Below, piece after piece: positions 16,544 to 25,863 of a stretch of DNA of 33,861 nucleotides (its first letter is position 1; each line of letters opens with the position of its first letter). The translations under genes and the position numbers were made by a program. Below the pieces are notes generated by a model that was given only the letters and a program-made list of their open reading frames with translations, was not told the DNA's origin and did not search any database. This stretch comes from a virus (Duplodnaviria; Caudoviricetes): positions 1-33,861 of IMG/VR virus record IMGVR_UViG_3300023172_003230. The stretch is one strand, 5' to 3'.

Positions 16544-17125
16544 ATGACAAACCTAAAATTAGAAAATTTATTAAAAGAAAAGTTAAATAACTTTGAACTT
16601 TCCGAATCCTTTGGTCAAAGGGCAGTTGGGGATAAATTAGAAGCAGATACTGTTGATATTCTCAAAGAAATAGTTCCTAATAACTTAGTAGAAGCAAAGA
16701 GTAAAAGAAGTATAGATGATTTTACTTTGGTATTTGATGGTAACATAAATTTATATGATACTAAAACTCACTTTATTCAAGATGGAGATGGGTTTTCAAT
16801 GCCAAACCTAATATCAGTAAAAAGACTAAAAAAGGTATTAGAAGATGATTCTAAGACACTTTCTTATGTTTTTATTGACTATGTTAGAGAAGGTGGTAAA
16901 GTCATCGTAAAAGATGTTCATATTAAGTACATTTGGGAACTCGATTGGTCAATCCTTGGTATAGGAGCATTGGGAAAAGGTCAGTTGCAAATTAAAGATG
17001 CAAATAAAGATTTAGTCTTTACTGATATGGGTAAAGAAAAATGGTTTGAAATTCTAAAAACTAAAGTTGTAGAGTTCTATAACAAAGAACTTATAAAAAT
17101 ACAAAAAGAATTAACAACTTGGTAA
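16544..17125 (+). CDS. Putative type II restriction-like endonuclease (PD-(D/E)xK; HincII/EcoRV-like)
   Basis: SIDDFTL...LYDTKT catalytic pattern followed by PNLISVKRL and GQLQI, resembling HincII DVKT...PNIIS...QIQ as recalled. Confidence 0.65.
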   Translation: MTNLKLENLLKEKLNNFELSESFGQRAVGDKLEADTVDILKEIVPNNLVEAKSKRSIDDFTLVFDGNINLYDTKTHFIQDGDGFSMPNLISVKRLKKVLEDDSKTLSYVFIDYVREGGKVIVKDVHIKYIWELDWSILGIGALGKGQLQIKDANKDLVFTDMGKEKWFEILKTKVVEFYNKELIKIQKELTTW

Positions 17126-17128
17126 TTA

Positions 17129-17160
17129 TTTGGATAATTAAAAAGTTTTTTGTATCTTTG
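17129..17160 (+). promoter_or_regulatory. Bacteroidota sigma-70-type promoter upstream of Cas4-like nuclease
   Basis: TTTG (17129-17132), 20-nt spacer, TATCTTTG (17153-17160). Confidence 0.75.
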
Positions 17161-17178
17161 TAAGATAAATAAAAGATT

Positions 17179-18045
17179 ATGGCAAAAGTAAGTTTCTCTC
17201 AATATCAATTATACTCAACTTGTCCAAGGGCATATAAGTTGAGATATATCGATAAGTTGGGAGAATCATCTGCCAACATTTATACAATTTTCGGAACTGC
17301 TATTCACGAAACAATTCAACATTTCCTTTCGGTGATGTATGGAGTTTCTAAGAAACAAGCAATGGAAATTGATACCGATAAATTGTTGTTGGATTGGATG
17401 AGAAAAGAATACATCAAAGAGAACGAAAAGTTGACAGAGGGTACAATATGTACTCAGTTAGAATTGGAAGAGTTCTATGGTGATGGCAGGAGAATTTTAG
17501 AATGGTTCAAAAAGAAGATTGATAAGTTTTACACAAAGACTGGATTTGAGTTAGTGGGTATTGAATTACCACTAAATGCAAAAGTAAAAGAGGGTGTAAA
17601 CTTCATCGGATTTGTGGATATCGTAATGAGAGATTTATCCGATAATTCAATTATCATTATTGATTTGAAAACATCAACAATGGGTTGGAACAAATATGCT
17701 AAAGCAGATAAATACAAAAACGCACAAATAGTTCTCTACAAAAAATACTATTCAGAACTATTCAATGTTCCTTTGGAAAAAATAAAAGTGGAGTATCAGA
17801 TTATGAGAAGAAAACTCTACGAAGATGCTCCTTTCCCAATTCCATATATGTCAAGACACGTTCCTGCTAATGGTAAACCAACTGTTAATAAAGTTTACAA
17901 AGAATTTATGGACTTTGTTAATGAGGTATTTGATGATGAGGGTAAGTTTAATGATTTACCATATCCAAAAGTACCTGGTGAACGTAAAAAGAATTGTAAG
18001 TTTTGTGAATTCCTACAAAGAGGAATTTGTGATGGTAAAGTTTAA
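17179..18045 (+). CDS. PD-(D/E)xK nuclease, RecB/Cas4-like with Fe-S-type cysteines
   Basis: SFSQ...CPR, FGTAIHE, GFVD, IIDLKT, QIVLY and C-terminal CKFC-x7-C (1+3 Cys arrangement). Confidence 0.88.
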   Translation: MAKVSFSQYQLYSTCPRAYKLRYIDKLGESSANIYTIFGTAIHETIQHFLSVMYGVSKKQAMEIDTDKLLLDWMRKEYIKENEKLTEGTICTQLELEEFYGDGRRILEWFKKKIDKFYTKTGFELVGIELPLNAKVKEGVNFIGFVDIVMRDLSDNSIIIIDLKTSTMGWNKYAKADKYKNAQIVLYKKYYSELFNVPLEKIKVEYQIMRRKLYEDAPFPIPYMSRHVPANGKPTVNKVYKEFMDFVNEVFDDEGKFNDLPYPKVPGERKKNCKFCEFLQRGICDGKV

Positions 18046-18063
18046 CGGAAAATAAATATCTAT

Positions 18064-18072
18064 ATACTTATA
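18064..18072 (+). promoter_or_regulatory. Candidate phage-specific promoter motif ATAnTTATA at the head of the glycan cluster
   Basis: ATACTTATA 25 nt upstream of the ATG at 18098. Confidence 0.35.
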
Positions 18073-18097
18073 TATAAATGTATATAAAGTATGTAAT

Positions 18098-18298
18098 ATG
18101 GCACACGCAGAAACTAAACTAACAACTGTCAAGATTATAAAAGGTGTATACTCAAACTTTAAGAGAGTTTCTTTTGAATCCGATGTAACACTTCAAAAAT
18201 TAGTAAATAGAACAGTTGAACGATATGTAACCGATGAAGATTTTAGAAAAGAGATGAATGAGTATCTAAAACTTCAAATTTCAGGTTCACAATTTTAA
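18098..18298 (+). CDS. Small protein, possible ribbon-helix-helix regulator
   Basis: 66 aa with TTVKI strand followed by two predicted helices (VYSNFKR; TLQKLVNRTVERY). Confidence 0.5.
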   Translation: MAHAETKLTTVKIIKGVYSNFKRVSFESDVTLQKLVNRTVERYVTDEDFRKEMNEYLKLQISGSQF

Positions 18299-18320
18299 TA
18301 AAAAGTTATTTTAACAAGTT

Positions 18321-19712
18321 ATGAGTAAAAAGAAAAAGATTCTACTTCTTTCAGATGATTTAAGAATGGCAAGTGGTATTGCCACAATGTCTAAGGCACT
18401 TGTTCTTGGAACTGTTGATAAGTACGATTGGTTCCAAGTTGGAGCAGCAATAAACCACCCTGATAAAGGTAAAGTATTGGATGTATCACAAGACATTCAA
18501 AAACAAACTGGTGTAGAAGATGCATCGGTTAAAATATTACCTTGGACTGGTTATGGAAATGCAGACTTGGTTAGACAAATCATCAATTCAGAGCAACCAG
18601 ATGCTATACTTCACTTCACAGACCCAAGATATTGGATTTGGTTATATGAGATGGAGCATGAAATCAGACAAAACATTCCAATCTTATTCTACGCAATTTG
18701 GGATGATTTACCAGACCCACTTTACAATAGAAATTATTACGAAAGTTGTGATTGGATTGGTTGTATTTCAAGACAAACTTATGGTATCGTATCTCGTTTG
18801 ACAAGTAGAACCGATAAACCAACTTGGAAACCTCATTCGGATTGGCAAGTATCTTATGTTCCTCACGGTATTGACCCAAATGAATACAAACCAGTAGATG
18901 TACCTGTTGACTTCAAATCAGAAATTCTAAAAGAAAAAGATTATGATTTTATTTTCTTTTGGTCAAATAGAAACATTCGAAGAAAACAACCATCTGATTT
19001 GATAATGGCATTTGATAAATTTTGTAAGAAAATTGGTGAAGATAAAGCAAGTAAAGTTGCTTTAGTAATGCACACACAACCAACTGACCAAAATGGAACA
19101 GATTTACCACGAATTGTAGAACACTTAACTCCTAATAGAAATGTAATATTTTCAGACAAGAGAAGAAGTACTACCGAATTAAATTATCTTTACAATATAG
19201 CAGATTGTACAATCAATATCGCAGGTAACGAAGGGTTTGGGTTAACAACCGCAGAATCAGTAATGGCAGGAACTCCAATTATGGTAAATGTAACTGGTGG
19301 ATTGCAAGACCAAATAGGTTTTAGATATAAAGATAGTGGTGAACTTGTAACAGCAGAAGATTACAAAGAAATTGGTTCATTACACGAGTGGAGAAAGTGG
19401 GAAGACAAAGTAGAACCAGGTGAATGGGCAACTCCAGTATGGAGTCGAGCACAAACTATGGCAGGTTCTATACCAACCCCATATATTTGGGATGATAAGG
19501 TAGATATTTTCGAGTTAGCAGAAAAAATGGAAGAAGTCTATAATACTCCAAAAGAAACTCTAAAAGAAAATGGATTGAAAGGTAGAGAAATGTTCAAAGG
19601 TGAAATGGGATTAGTAAACACTAATATGTGTCAAACTTTGGTAGATGGTATTGAAGGAACCTTTGAAAATTGGAAACCAAGAAAAAGACACGAACTATTC
19701 AAAATTTCATAA
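18321..19712 (+). CDS. Glycosyltransferase family 4
   Basis: SGIA, VPHGID, NRNIRRK, NEGFGLTTAES (ExFG-x4-E motif). Confidence 0.9.
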   Translation: MSKKKKILLLSDDLRMASGIATMSKALVLGTVDKYDWFQVGAAINHPDKGKVLDVSQDIQKQTGVEDASVKILPWTGYGNADLVRQIINSEQPDAILHFTDPRYWIWLYEMEHEIRQNIPILFYAIWDDLPDPLYNRNYYESCDWIGCISRQTYGIVSRLTSRTDKPTWKPHSDWQVSYVPHGIDPNEYKPVDVPVDFKSEILKEKDYDFIFFWSNRNIRRKQPSDLIMAFDKFCKKIGEDKASKVALVMHTQPTDQNGTDLPRIVEHLTPNRNVIFSDKRRSTTELNYLYNIADCTINIAGNEGFGLTTAESVMAGTPIMVNVTGGLQDQIGFRYKDSGELVTAEDYKEIGSLHEWRKWEDKVEPGEWATPVWSRAQTMAGSIPTPYIWDDKVDIFELAEKMEEVYNTPKETLKENGLKGREMFKGEMGLVNTNMCQTLVDGIEGTFENWKPRKRHELFKIS

Positions 19713-19713
19713 T

Positions 19714-20034
19714 ATGATGCACATTAAAAAATCACAAGAATATTTCGAAAAATTCAGAAATAAAGATATCAGAGGATTATCTCATCTATATTCACAGAAT
19801 ATACATTTATTGGATTGGAACATTAGTGTAGTAGGTAAAGAAGAAGTTCTAAATGCAAATACATCACTCTTTGATTTAGATTTTACTTTAGATGTACATA
19901 CTATCCACCATTCCAATAATAAAACATTTAACGAAATTACAATTACAATTGGTGAAGAAAAGTTGGAAATTATGGATGTAATTACTTTCAATGAAAATTA
20001 CCAAATTACAAATATTACCGCATATAAAAGATAA
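19714..20034 (+). CDS. SnoaL/NTF2-like small protein (start re-called at ATG 19714)
   Basis: YFEKFRNKDIRGLSHLYSQNIHLLDW...DVITFNENYQITNITAY pattern. ATG lies just after the upstream stop. Confidence 0.65.
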   Translation: MMHIKKSQEYFEKFRNKDIRGLSHLYSQNIHLLDWNISVVGKEEVLNANTSLFDLDFTLDVHTIHHSNNKTFNEITITIGEEKLEIMDVITFNENYQITNITAYKR

Positions 20035-20040
20035 AAAGTT

Positions 20041-21336
20041 ATGAGCAAACCTTTATTAGTATATCAAGCACCTGTATTTACCCGAAGTGGTTATGGTGAC
20101 CATTCGAGAGATATTTTGAAAAGTTTATTCAAAATGGATAAATACGATGTAAAAGTTGTACCAACTCGTTGGGGAAATACTCCACAAAATCAGGTAGACC
20201 CAACTTCTGAATTTGGAAAACAAGTATTTTCTAATGTAGTAACTCAAGTAGATAGAAAACCAGATATTTTTATGCAGATGTCTGTTGCTAATGAATTCGA
20301 AGCAAAGGGTAATTACAATATTGGTATTACTGCTGGTGTAGAAACTACTTTGATTCCAAGGGAATTTATAGATGGGTCTAATAAAATGGACTTAGTGATT
20401 GTACCATCTCAGTTTACAAAACAAGTGATGCAACAAACAGGTTACCAAGAAAAGAATAAACAAACGGGTCAAGTAATAAATGAACATAGGATTACAAAAC
20501 CAATTGAAGTTCTTTTTGAGGGAGTTAACACATCAATTTATTCAAATCCAAATGTTGAACTTTCTGAGTTAGATAAATTAGAAACTGATTTCAACTTTTT
20601 ATTTGTTGGACATTGGTTAAAAGGAGATTTAGGACAAGATAGAAAGGATATAGGTATGGTAATTAAAACTTTCTCAACGGTATTCAAGTACTTACCAAAG
20701 GATAAAAGACCTGGTCTTATTCTAAAAACATCTCATGCAGGGTTTTCAGTAATTGATAGAGAAAATATTAGAGAAAAAATTGAAAATACCGTAAAATCAT
20801 TAGGAGTAGATATTCCTAAAATTTATTTACTACATGGTGATTTATCTGAAGATGAAATGGCATCTTTGTATCATCACCCAAAAGTAAAAGCAATGGTATC
20901 CTTTACCAAGGGTGAGGGTTATGGTAGACCACTTGCAGAATTTGCAACAACAGGTAAACCTATTATCGTTAGTGGTTGGAGTGGTTATACTGATTTTTTA
21001 CCAAAAGAAAATACTGTTTATTTAGATGGTTCACTTACAAATGTACATGAATCCGCATCAGATAAATTCTTGTTAAAAGAATCACAATGGTTTACTGTAA
21101 ACTACTCGGATGCAGCAAATAAATTATATAAAGTTTTTAACGAGTATGATTCATTTTTGAAACAATCTTCGGGATTAAAAACAAACATTGAACAAAACTT
21201 TAACTTAGATAAAATGGATGAGGTATTTGTTGAGATGATGGAAAAATATACATCATCGGTTCCACAAGTAAAACCATTTAACTTACCTAAGTTGAATAAA
21301 CAAAAAATGCAGTTACCTAAACTTAAAAAAGTATAA
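20041..21336 (+). CDS. Glycosyltransferase family 4
   Basis: SGYG, FLFVGHW, RKDI, GEGYGRPLAE. Confidence 0.9.
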   Translation: MSKPLLVYQAPVFTRSGYGDHSRDILKSLFKMDKYDVKVVPTRWGNTPQNQVDPTSEFGKQVFSNVVTQVDRKPDIFMQMSVANEFEAKGNYNIGITAGVETTLIPREFIDGSNKMDLVIVPSQFTKQVMQQTGYQEKNKQTGQVINEHRITKPIEVLFEGVNTSIYSNPNVELSELDKLETDFNFLFVGHWLKGDLGQDRKDIGMVIKTFSTVFKYLPKDKRPGLILKTSHAGFSVIDRENIREKIENTVKSLGVDIPKIYLLHGDLSEDEMASLYHHPKVKAMVSFTKGEGYGRPLAEFATTGKPIIVSGWSGYTDFLPKENTVYLDGSLTNVHESASDKFLLKESQWFTVNYSDAANKLYKVFNEYDSFLKQSSGLKTNIEQNFNLDKMDEVFVEMMEKYTSSVPQVKPFNLPKLNKQKMQLPKLKKV

Positions 21337-21806
21337 TGAATTATTCACCACAATATAGGTTGTTACAAGAAGGTTCGGGAACTCGAATTGCTAAAACTAA
21401 TATAAAACCATATGGTGTTTATAAGATTAGTACTTACAAGTATGCCGATGGAAAATCTGGTAGATTAGCAGGTACTGAAGAAACTATCATATTTGTAACA
21501 GGTGTATATAAACGAAAAGTATCCGCACTTAAACTATCTAATATTATACCAGATTTCTTTTTCAAATGGTTCAAAAAACTTGGAATACAAAATACATCAA
21601 GTTTAGACCGTGATGAACCTATTGGATTATATAGGATTGGTAAACCTTATGATATTGGTGGACAACGAGTATACAATGCTTATGTAAAAAGTGTTCCTAA
21701 ATTTATAGGAAAGGGAGCAGCGTATAGAACTTATAATTTAGATGGTATTCAATATGCTACTGAATTATTTTTTAATAAAGAAACATTAAAGAAGTATTAT
21801 GGTTAG
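21336..21806 (+). CDS. Hypothetical basic protein
   Basis: 156-aa K/Y/G-rich ORF overlapping both neighbours. No glycan-enzyme motif. Confidence 0.6.
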   Translation: MNYSPQYRLLQEGSGTRIAKTNIKPYGVYKISTYKYADGKSGRLAGTEETIIFVTGVYKRKVSALKLSNIIPDFFFKWFKKLGIQNTSSLDRDEPIGLYRIGKPYDIGGQRVYNAYVKSVPKFIGKGAAYRTYNLDGIQYATELFFNKETLKKYYG

Positions 21807-22428
21807 TGTTACATACGCAATTACAGTTTGTAATGAAATAAATGAGATTACAAAATTAATAAACTTCCTTCATCCAAGAATTCAATCAGATGATGAGATT
21901 CTGATTCAATATGATGAAGGTGGTGTTACTGAAGATGTAAAGGGTTATTTACGAATCATCAATGATTTACATGATAATGTAAATGTGATTGGATTCCCAC
22001 TTAATAAAGATTTTGCATCTTATAAAAATAACTTAAAGAATCATGCTCAAGGTATTTTTATTTTCCAAATTGATGCAGATGAATTACCATCTGAATATTT
22101 GATTACAAATATGCACGATTTGTTAGAAGCAAACAAAGATATTGATTTGTTCTTTGTACCAAGAGTAAACACAGTTGAAGGATTGACACAAGAACATATC
22201 CAAAAATGGAGATGGAATGTAAATGAAAAAGGATGGGTGAATTGGCCTGATGTACAAACAAGAATCTATCGTAGAACTTCTGAAATTGAATGGGAAGGTA
22301 AAGTACACGAAAGAATCAAAGGTTACAATACAATGACTTATTTACCATTAGAAGAACAATTTGCATTGTATCACCCAAAAGATATCCAAAGACAAGAAAA
22401 ACAAAACGAGTTATACGAAACTATATGA
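21799..22428 (+). CDS. Glycosyltransferase family 2
   Basis: ITVCNE, IDADE (DxD), WPD.Q.R, VHE. Confidence 0.88.
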   Translation: MVSVTYAITVCNEINEITKLINFLHPRIQSDDEILIQYDEGGVTEDVKGYLRIINDLHDNVNVIGFPLNKDFASYKNNLKNHAQGIFIFQIDADELPSEYLITNMHDLLEANKDIDLFFVPRVNTVEGLTQEHIQKWRWNVNEKGWVNWPDVQTRIYRRTSEIEWEGKVHERIKGYNTMTYLPLEEQFALYHPKDIQRQEKQNELYETI

Positions 22429-23405
22429 AAGTAGCATTTCTAACTGAAATGGGATTTGAGGGTGTTATTCCAAATACTCACCCCAATGCGAGAACAGAGT
22501 TTGCTTGGATGAATGCTTTAGATGCAGTTCACTATCCTTTAGCAAATTATAAATCTGTTAGTGATTTTGATGTAGTTTTTATAATTTTTCCAAAAGGTAA
22601 ATTATTCTTATCTGCAGAAGGTTCAAAGATAACCGATGGATTAAATCCTGCTTCAAATTATTTACAAGAACCAATTGTTGATATTCTTAAAAGTGTTAAT
22701 AAAAAAGTTTATTATATCCAAGAAGGTCCTCATTGGTGGTGGAATGATTATGAAATTATAGACCAGATTCAGTTTTATAATTTTTTAGCAAAAACTGATG
22801 GTATATTCGCACACAATGAATCAGATATAAACTATTATAAGGGGTTATTTCCTTCAAAGAAAGTTGAAGTTATACGAACTCTAATGATTGAAAATTTAAT
22901 AAGAGGTATTTCTTCACAACCCGAAGATAAAGTTTTAATCGGTGGTAACTTTGCAAGATGGTATGGTGGTTTTGAATCCTATATGGTAGCAACCGAATTT
23001 GGTGTTCCTATTTGGGGACAAGAATCTCATGCTAAGAGAAGTAACGAAGGAGCAATGGAAGATTTGAATCACTTTGATAGGATGGTTTGGATTGATTGGA
23101 TGAAAGAAGTATCTAAGTTCAAATATGCAGTTCATTTAATGCCAACGGTAGCAGCGGGAACATTTTCACTTAATTGTGCATACTTTGGTATTCCTGTGAT
23201 TGGAAATGTAAAAGTAGATACTCAAAAAACTCTACATCCACTCACATCGGTTGATGTTGATGATGTTAAAGGTGCAAGAGAACTTGCTAAAAAATTAAAA
23301 GAGAACAAAGATTTTTATAATCAATGTAGTAAATTAGCAAGACAACAATATGAAAGTTATTATACCAAGAAAACTTGGTTAACTGAAATGAAAAATAAGA
23401 TATGA
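22425..23405 (+). CDS. Putative GT-B-like glycosyltransferase
   Basis: C-terminal AAGTFSLNCAYFGIPVIG resembles a degenerate GT-B motif. Cluster context supports it. Confidence 0.5.
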   Translation: MKVAFLTEMGFEGVIPNTHPNARTEFAWMNALDAVHYPLANYKSVSDFDVVFIIFPKGKLFLSAEGSKITDGLNPASNYLQEPIVDILKSVNKKVYYIQEGPHWWWNDYEIIDQIQFYNFLAKTDGIFAHNESDINYYKGLFPSKKVEVIRTLMIENLIRGISSQPEDKVLIGGNFARWYGGFESYMVATEFGVPIWGQESHAKRSNEGAMEDLNHFDRMVWIDWMKEVSKFKYAVHLMPTVAAGTFSLNCAYFGIPVIGNVKVDTQKTLHPLTSVDVDDVKGARELAKKLKENKDFYNQCSKLARQQYESYYTKKTWLTEMKNKI

Positions 23406-24172
23406 TTACAGTTGTATTAAATGGTTATAAGAGAGGTGAAAACCTAAATGAACAATTAGAAGCATTAAAAAACCAAACCCTACCACCAGATGAGATACTT
23501 TTGTGGTATAACAATCCAGGTGATAATGATGATATAAACTATGATATTGGAACCGAAATTCCAGTAGCATATTGTAATTACAACTTTGGAGTTTGGGCAA
23601 GATTTTATTATGCTTTTAATGCAAGAAATCCATATATTTGTGTATTTGATGATGATACAATTCCTGGTAAGAAGTGGTTAGAGAATTGTATGAATACAAT
23701 GAAAACTCATGAAGGTTTATTAGGAACTGTTGGTTTAGTTTGGCCAAGACCAAATCCACCTGAAAATTCTTCATACTACGAACCTTATGCAAGAGTGGGA
23801 TGGCCTGATAGAGGTAACAATACCGAAGTAGTTCAAGTTGATTTAGTTGGACATAGTTGGTTCTTTAAGAAAGAATGGTTATCTCATATGGTAAGAGAAT
23901 TACCTGACCCAAAGTACAACACTTGTGGTGAAGATATGCACTTCTCATATATGTTACAAAAGTACGCAGGTATAAAAACTTATGTACCACCACATCCAAT
24001 ATCAGATAAAGAACTATGGGGAAGTCTTAAAGGTGGAACTTATGGTGGAGATGAGAACTCTTTATGGGAGACCAATCAAGCAAATGTTGAAGGAACACCT
24101 TTCAAACATTTAATGAATCAATATTTTAGAGAACAACGAATGAAAGGTTGGAAATTGATATATGAAAAATAA
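23402..24172 (+). CDS. GT-A fold glycosyltransferase (GT2/GT64-like)
   Basis: YKR, VFDDD, GEDMHFS. Confidence 0.75.
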   Translation: MITVVLNGYKRGENLNEQLEALKNQTLPPDEILLWYNNPGDNDDINYDIGTEIPVAYCNYNFGVWARFYYAFNARNPYICVFDDDTIPGKKWLENCMNTMKTHEGLLGTVGLVWPRPNPPENSSYYEPYARVGWPDRGNNTEVVQVDLVGHSWFFKKEWLSHMVRELPDPKYNTCGEDMHFSYMLQKYAGIKTYVPPHPISDKELWGSLKGGTYGGDENSLWETNQANVEGTPFKHLMNQYFREQRMKGWKLIYEK

Positions 24173-25157
24173 ACCAATATTACTTTGTTTTGGAACAAGA
24201 CCAGAGTGGTTAAAGATTAAACCTTTAATCAAACTTATGGATAGTAGTGAATATAAACTTCTATTTACAGGTCAACATACTGATTTGTTAAAAGATGTAG
24301 AGGTTGATTATCAAATCAATATGACTACAACTTACAATAGATTAGATTCAATTATATCAGACTGTATGTTTCAGTTCCCAAATGGAGATTTCAGAGGTGT
24401 ATTAGTACAAGGTGATACTGGTTCTGCTTTTGGGTGTGCTCTTGCTGCATTCAATAGACAAATCAAAATCTATTATTTAGAGGCAGGATTGAGAAGTGGT
24501 GATTTACAACATCCATATCCTGAAGAGGGTTATAGACAAATGATTGCAAGAATTGCAGATGTAAACTTCTCACCAACCGAATTATCGGCACAAAATCTGA
24601 AAGATGAGAAAGTACATGGTGATATTCATGTGGTAGGTAATTCAGTATTAGATAACTTAGTGGATTTTCCAAAACCTACAATGGAAAATATTATCTTAAT
24701 TACTTTACATCGTAGAGAAAATCACCATTGGATGGATAAATGGTTTGAAGAAATTGAAAAACTTGCAATTGAATATCCACACTACACATTTGTATTACCA
24801 ATTCATCCAAATCCAAATGTAAAGAAACATAGACATATTCTGAAAAATGTAACCGTGGTAGAACCAATGGAGCATACTCATATGATTAACACTCTAATTA
24901 AATCAAATCTAATCATTTCAGATAGTGGTGGATTGCAAGAAGAAGGTTCATTCTTCAATAAGAAAGTAATCGTATGTAGAAAAACAACAGAAAGACCCGA
25001 AGGTATAGAAACAGGTCATTTACATTTATGTGATTCTCCAAAAGATTTGAGTGAATTATTTGGAAAACTAATAGAAAATCCTTATATTAGTGAAAATTGT
25101 CCCTATGGTGATGGTTTCACTTCTGATAAGGTATTAAACATTTTAAGAAATGAATAA
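24162..25157 (+). CDS. wecB: UDP-N-acetylglucosamine 2-epimerase (non-hydrolysing)
   Basis: GTRPE, TGQH, QGDT, EAGLRS, PYPEE, TLHRREN, SDSGGLQEE, TERPE, PYGDG. Confidence 0.95.
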   Translation: MKNKPILLCFGTRPEWLKIKPLIKLMDSSEYKLLFTGQHTDLLKDVEVDYQINMTTTYNRLDSIISDCMFQFPNGDFRGVLVQGDTGSAFGCALAAFNRQIKIYYLEAGLRSGDLQHPYPEEGYRQMIARIADVNFSPTELSAQNLKDEKVHGDIHVVGNSVLDNLVDFPKPTMENIILITLHRRENHHWMDKWFEEIEKLAIEYPHYTFVLPIHPNPNVKKHRHILKNVTVVEPMEHTHMINTLIKSNLIISDSGGLQEEGSFFNKKVIVCRKTTERPEGIETGHLHLCDSPKDLSELFGKLIENPYISENCPYGDGFTSDKVLNILRNE

Positions 25158-25863
25158 ATTTGATACAGATTTTGATTATTACACTAATTTGATTAAATCA
25201 GATACTAACTTTGCTTATGCAAGATATGCAGATGGTGAAGTTCAGTTAATGAGAGGTAATCCAATAGGTAGTAATTCACAGGCATTTATGGTAGACAAAT
25301 GGTCTGCTCCAAGTGGAATGACTCCAATAGGAGAACAACTTTTAGAATCATTAAATCATAGTGAAGAAAATTACCACTTCGCAATATCAGGTAAAAGTGA
25401 TAGTATTTCTGATTATGAATTTTTGACTGAAAAAATACCAAATAAAAATCTAACATTTGCTAATTTGTGGATAAATGCAAATTATCAAAAAATGAAAGAG
25501 TTTTATAAAAGTATAGATAAAGAAATTTATTTGATTTGTAATCATAGAGCACAACCTCAAAACTTCCCATTCAAAGTAGCAGAAATATTCCCATTTCCAG
25601 ATGATTGTATTTCTTATTTCATGGAGTTGGGAGAAGATTATATAACTCAACTAATAGATTATGTTAGTCAGATAGAAAATAAAACATTCTTTGTATCAGC
25701 AGGACCTGTTTCTGAAATTTTGATTCATAGAATGTATGAAGCAAATCCAAATAATCAATATATTGATTGTGGTTCATCTTTAGATGAATTTGTACATGGT
25801 AGACCAACAAGACCTTATATGAACCCACAATCTCAGTATGCTAACGATAAATCAAGTTTTTAA
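25150..25863 (+). CDS. GT-D-fold-like (DUF1792-like) protein
   Basis: ARYADGE (compare RFGDGE), SAGP and IDCGSSLD (compare IDIG) motifs. Confidence 0.6.
   Translation: MNKFDTDFDYYTNLIKSDTNFAYARYADGEVQLMRGNPIGSNSQAFMVDKWSAPSGMTPIGEQLLESLNHSEENYHFAISGKSDSISDYEFLTEKIPNKNLTFANLWINANYQKMKEFYKSIDKEIYLICNHRAQPQNFPFKVAEIFPFPDDCISYFMELGEDYITQLIDYVSQIENKTFFVSAGPVSEILIHRMYEANPNNQYIDCGSSLDEFVHGRPTRPYMNPQSQYANDKSSF

Noticed and set aside
17179-18320. CRISPR-Cas locus around the Cas4-like gene
   Set aside because: No repeat-spacer array or other cas genes seen in the window.
19645-19713. Listed start of the SnoaL-like ORF at 19645
   Set aside because: It overlaps the upstream GT by 68 nt. The ATG at 19714, right after the stop, fits the operon pattern better.
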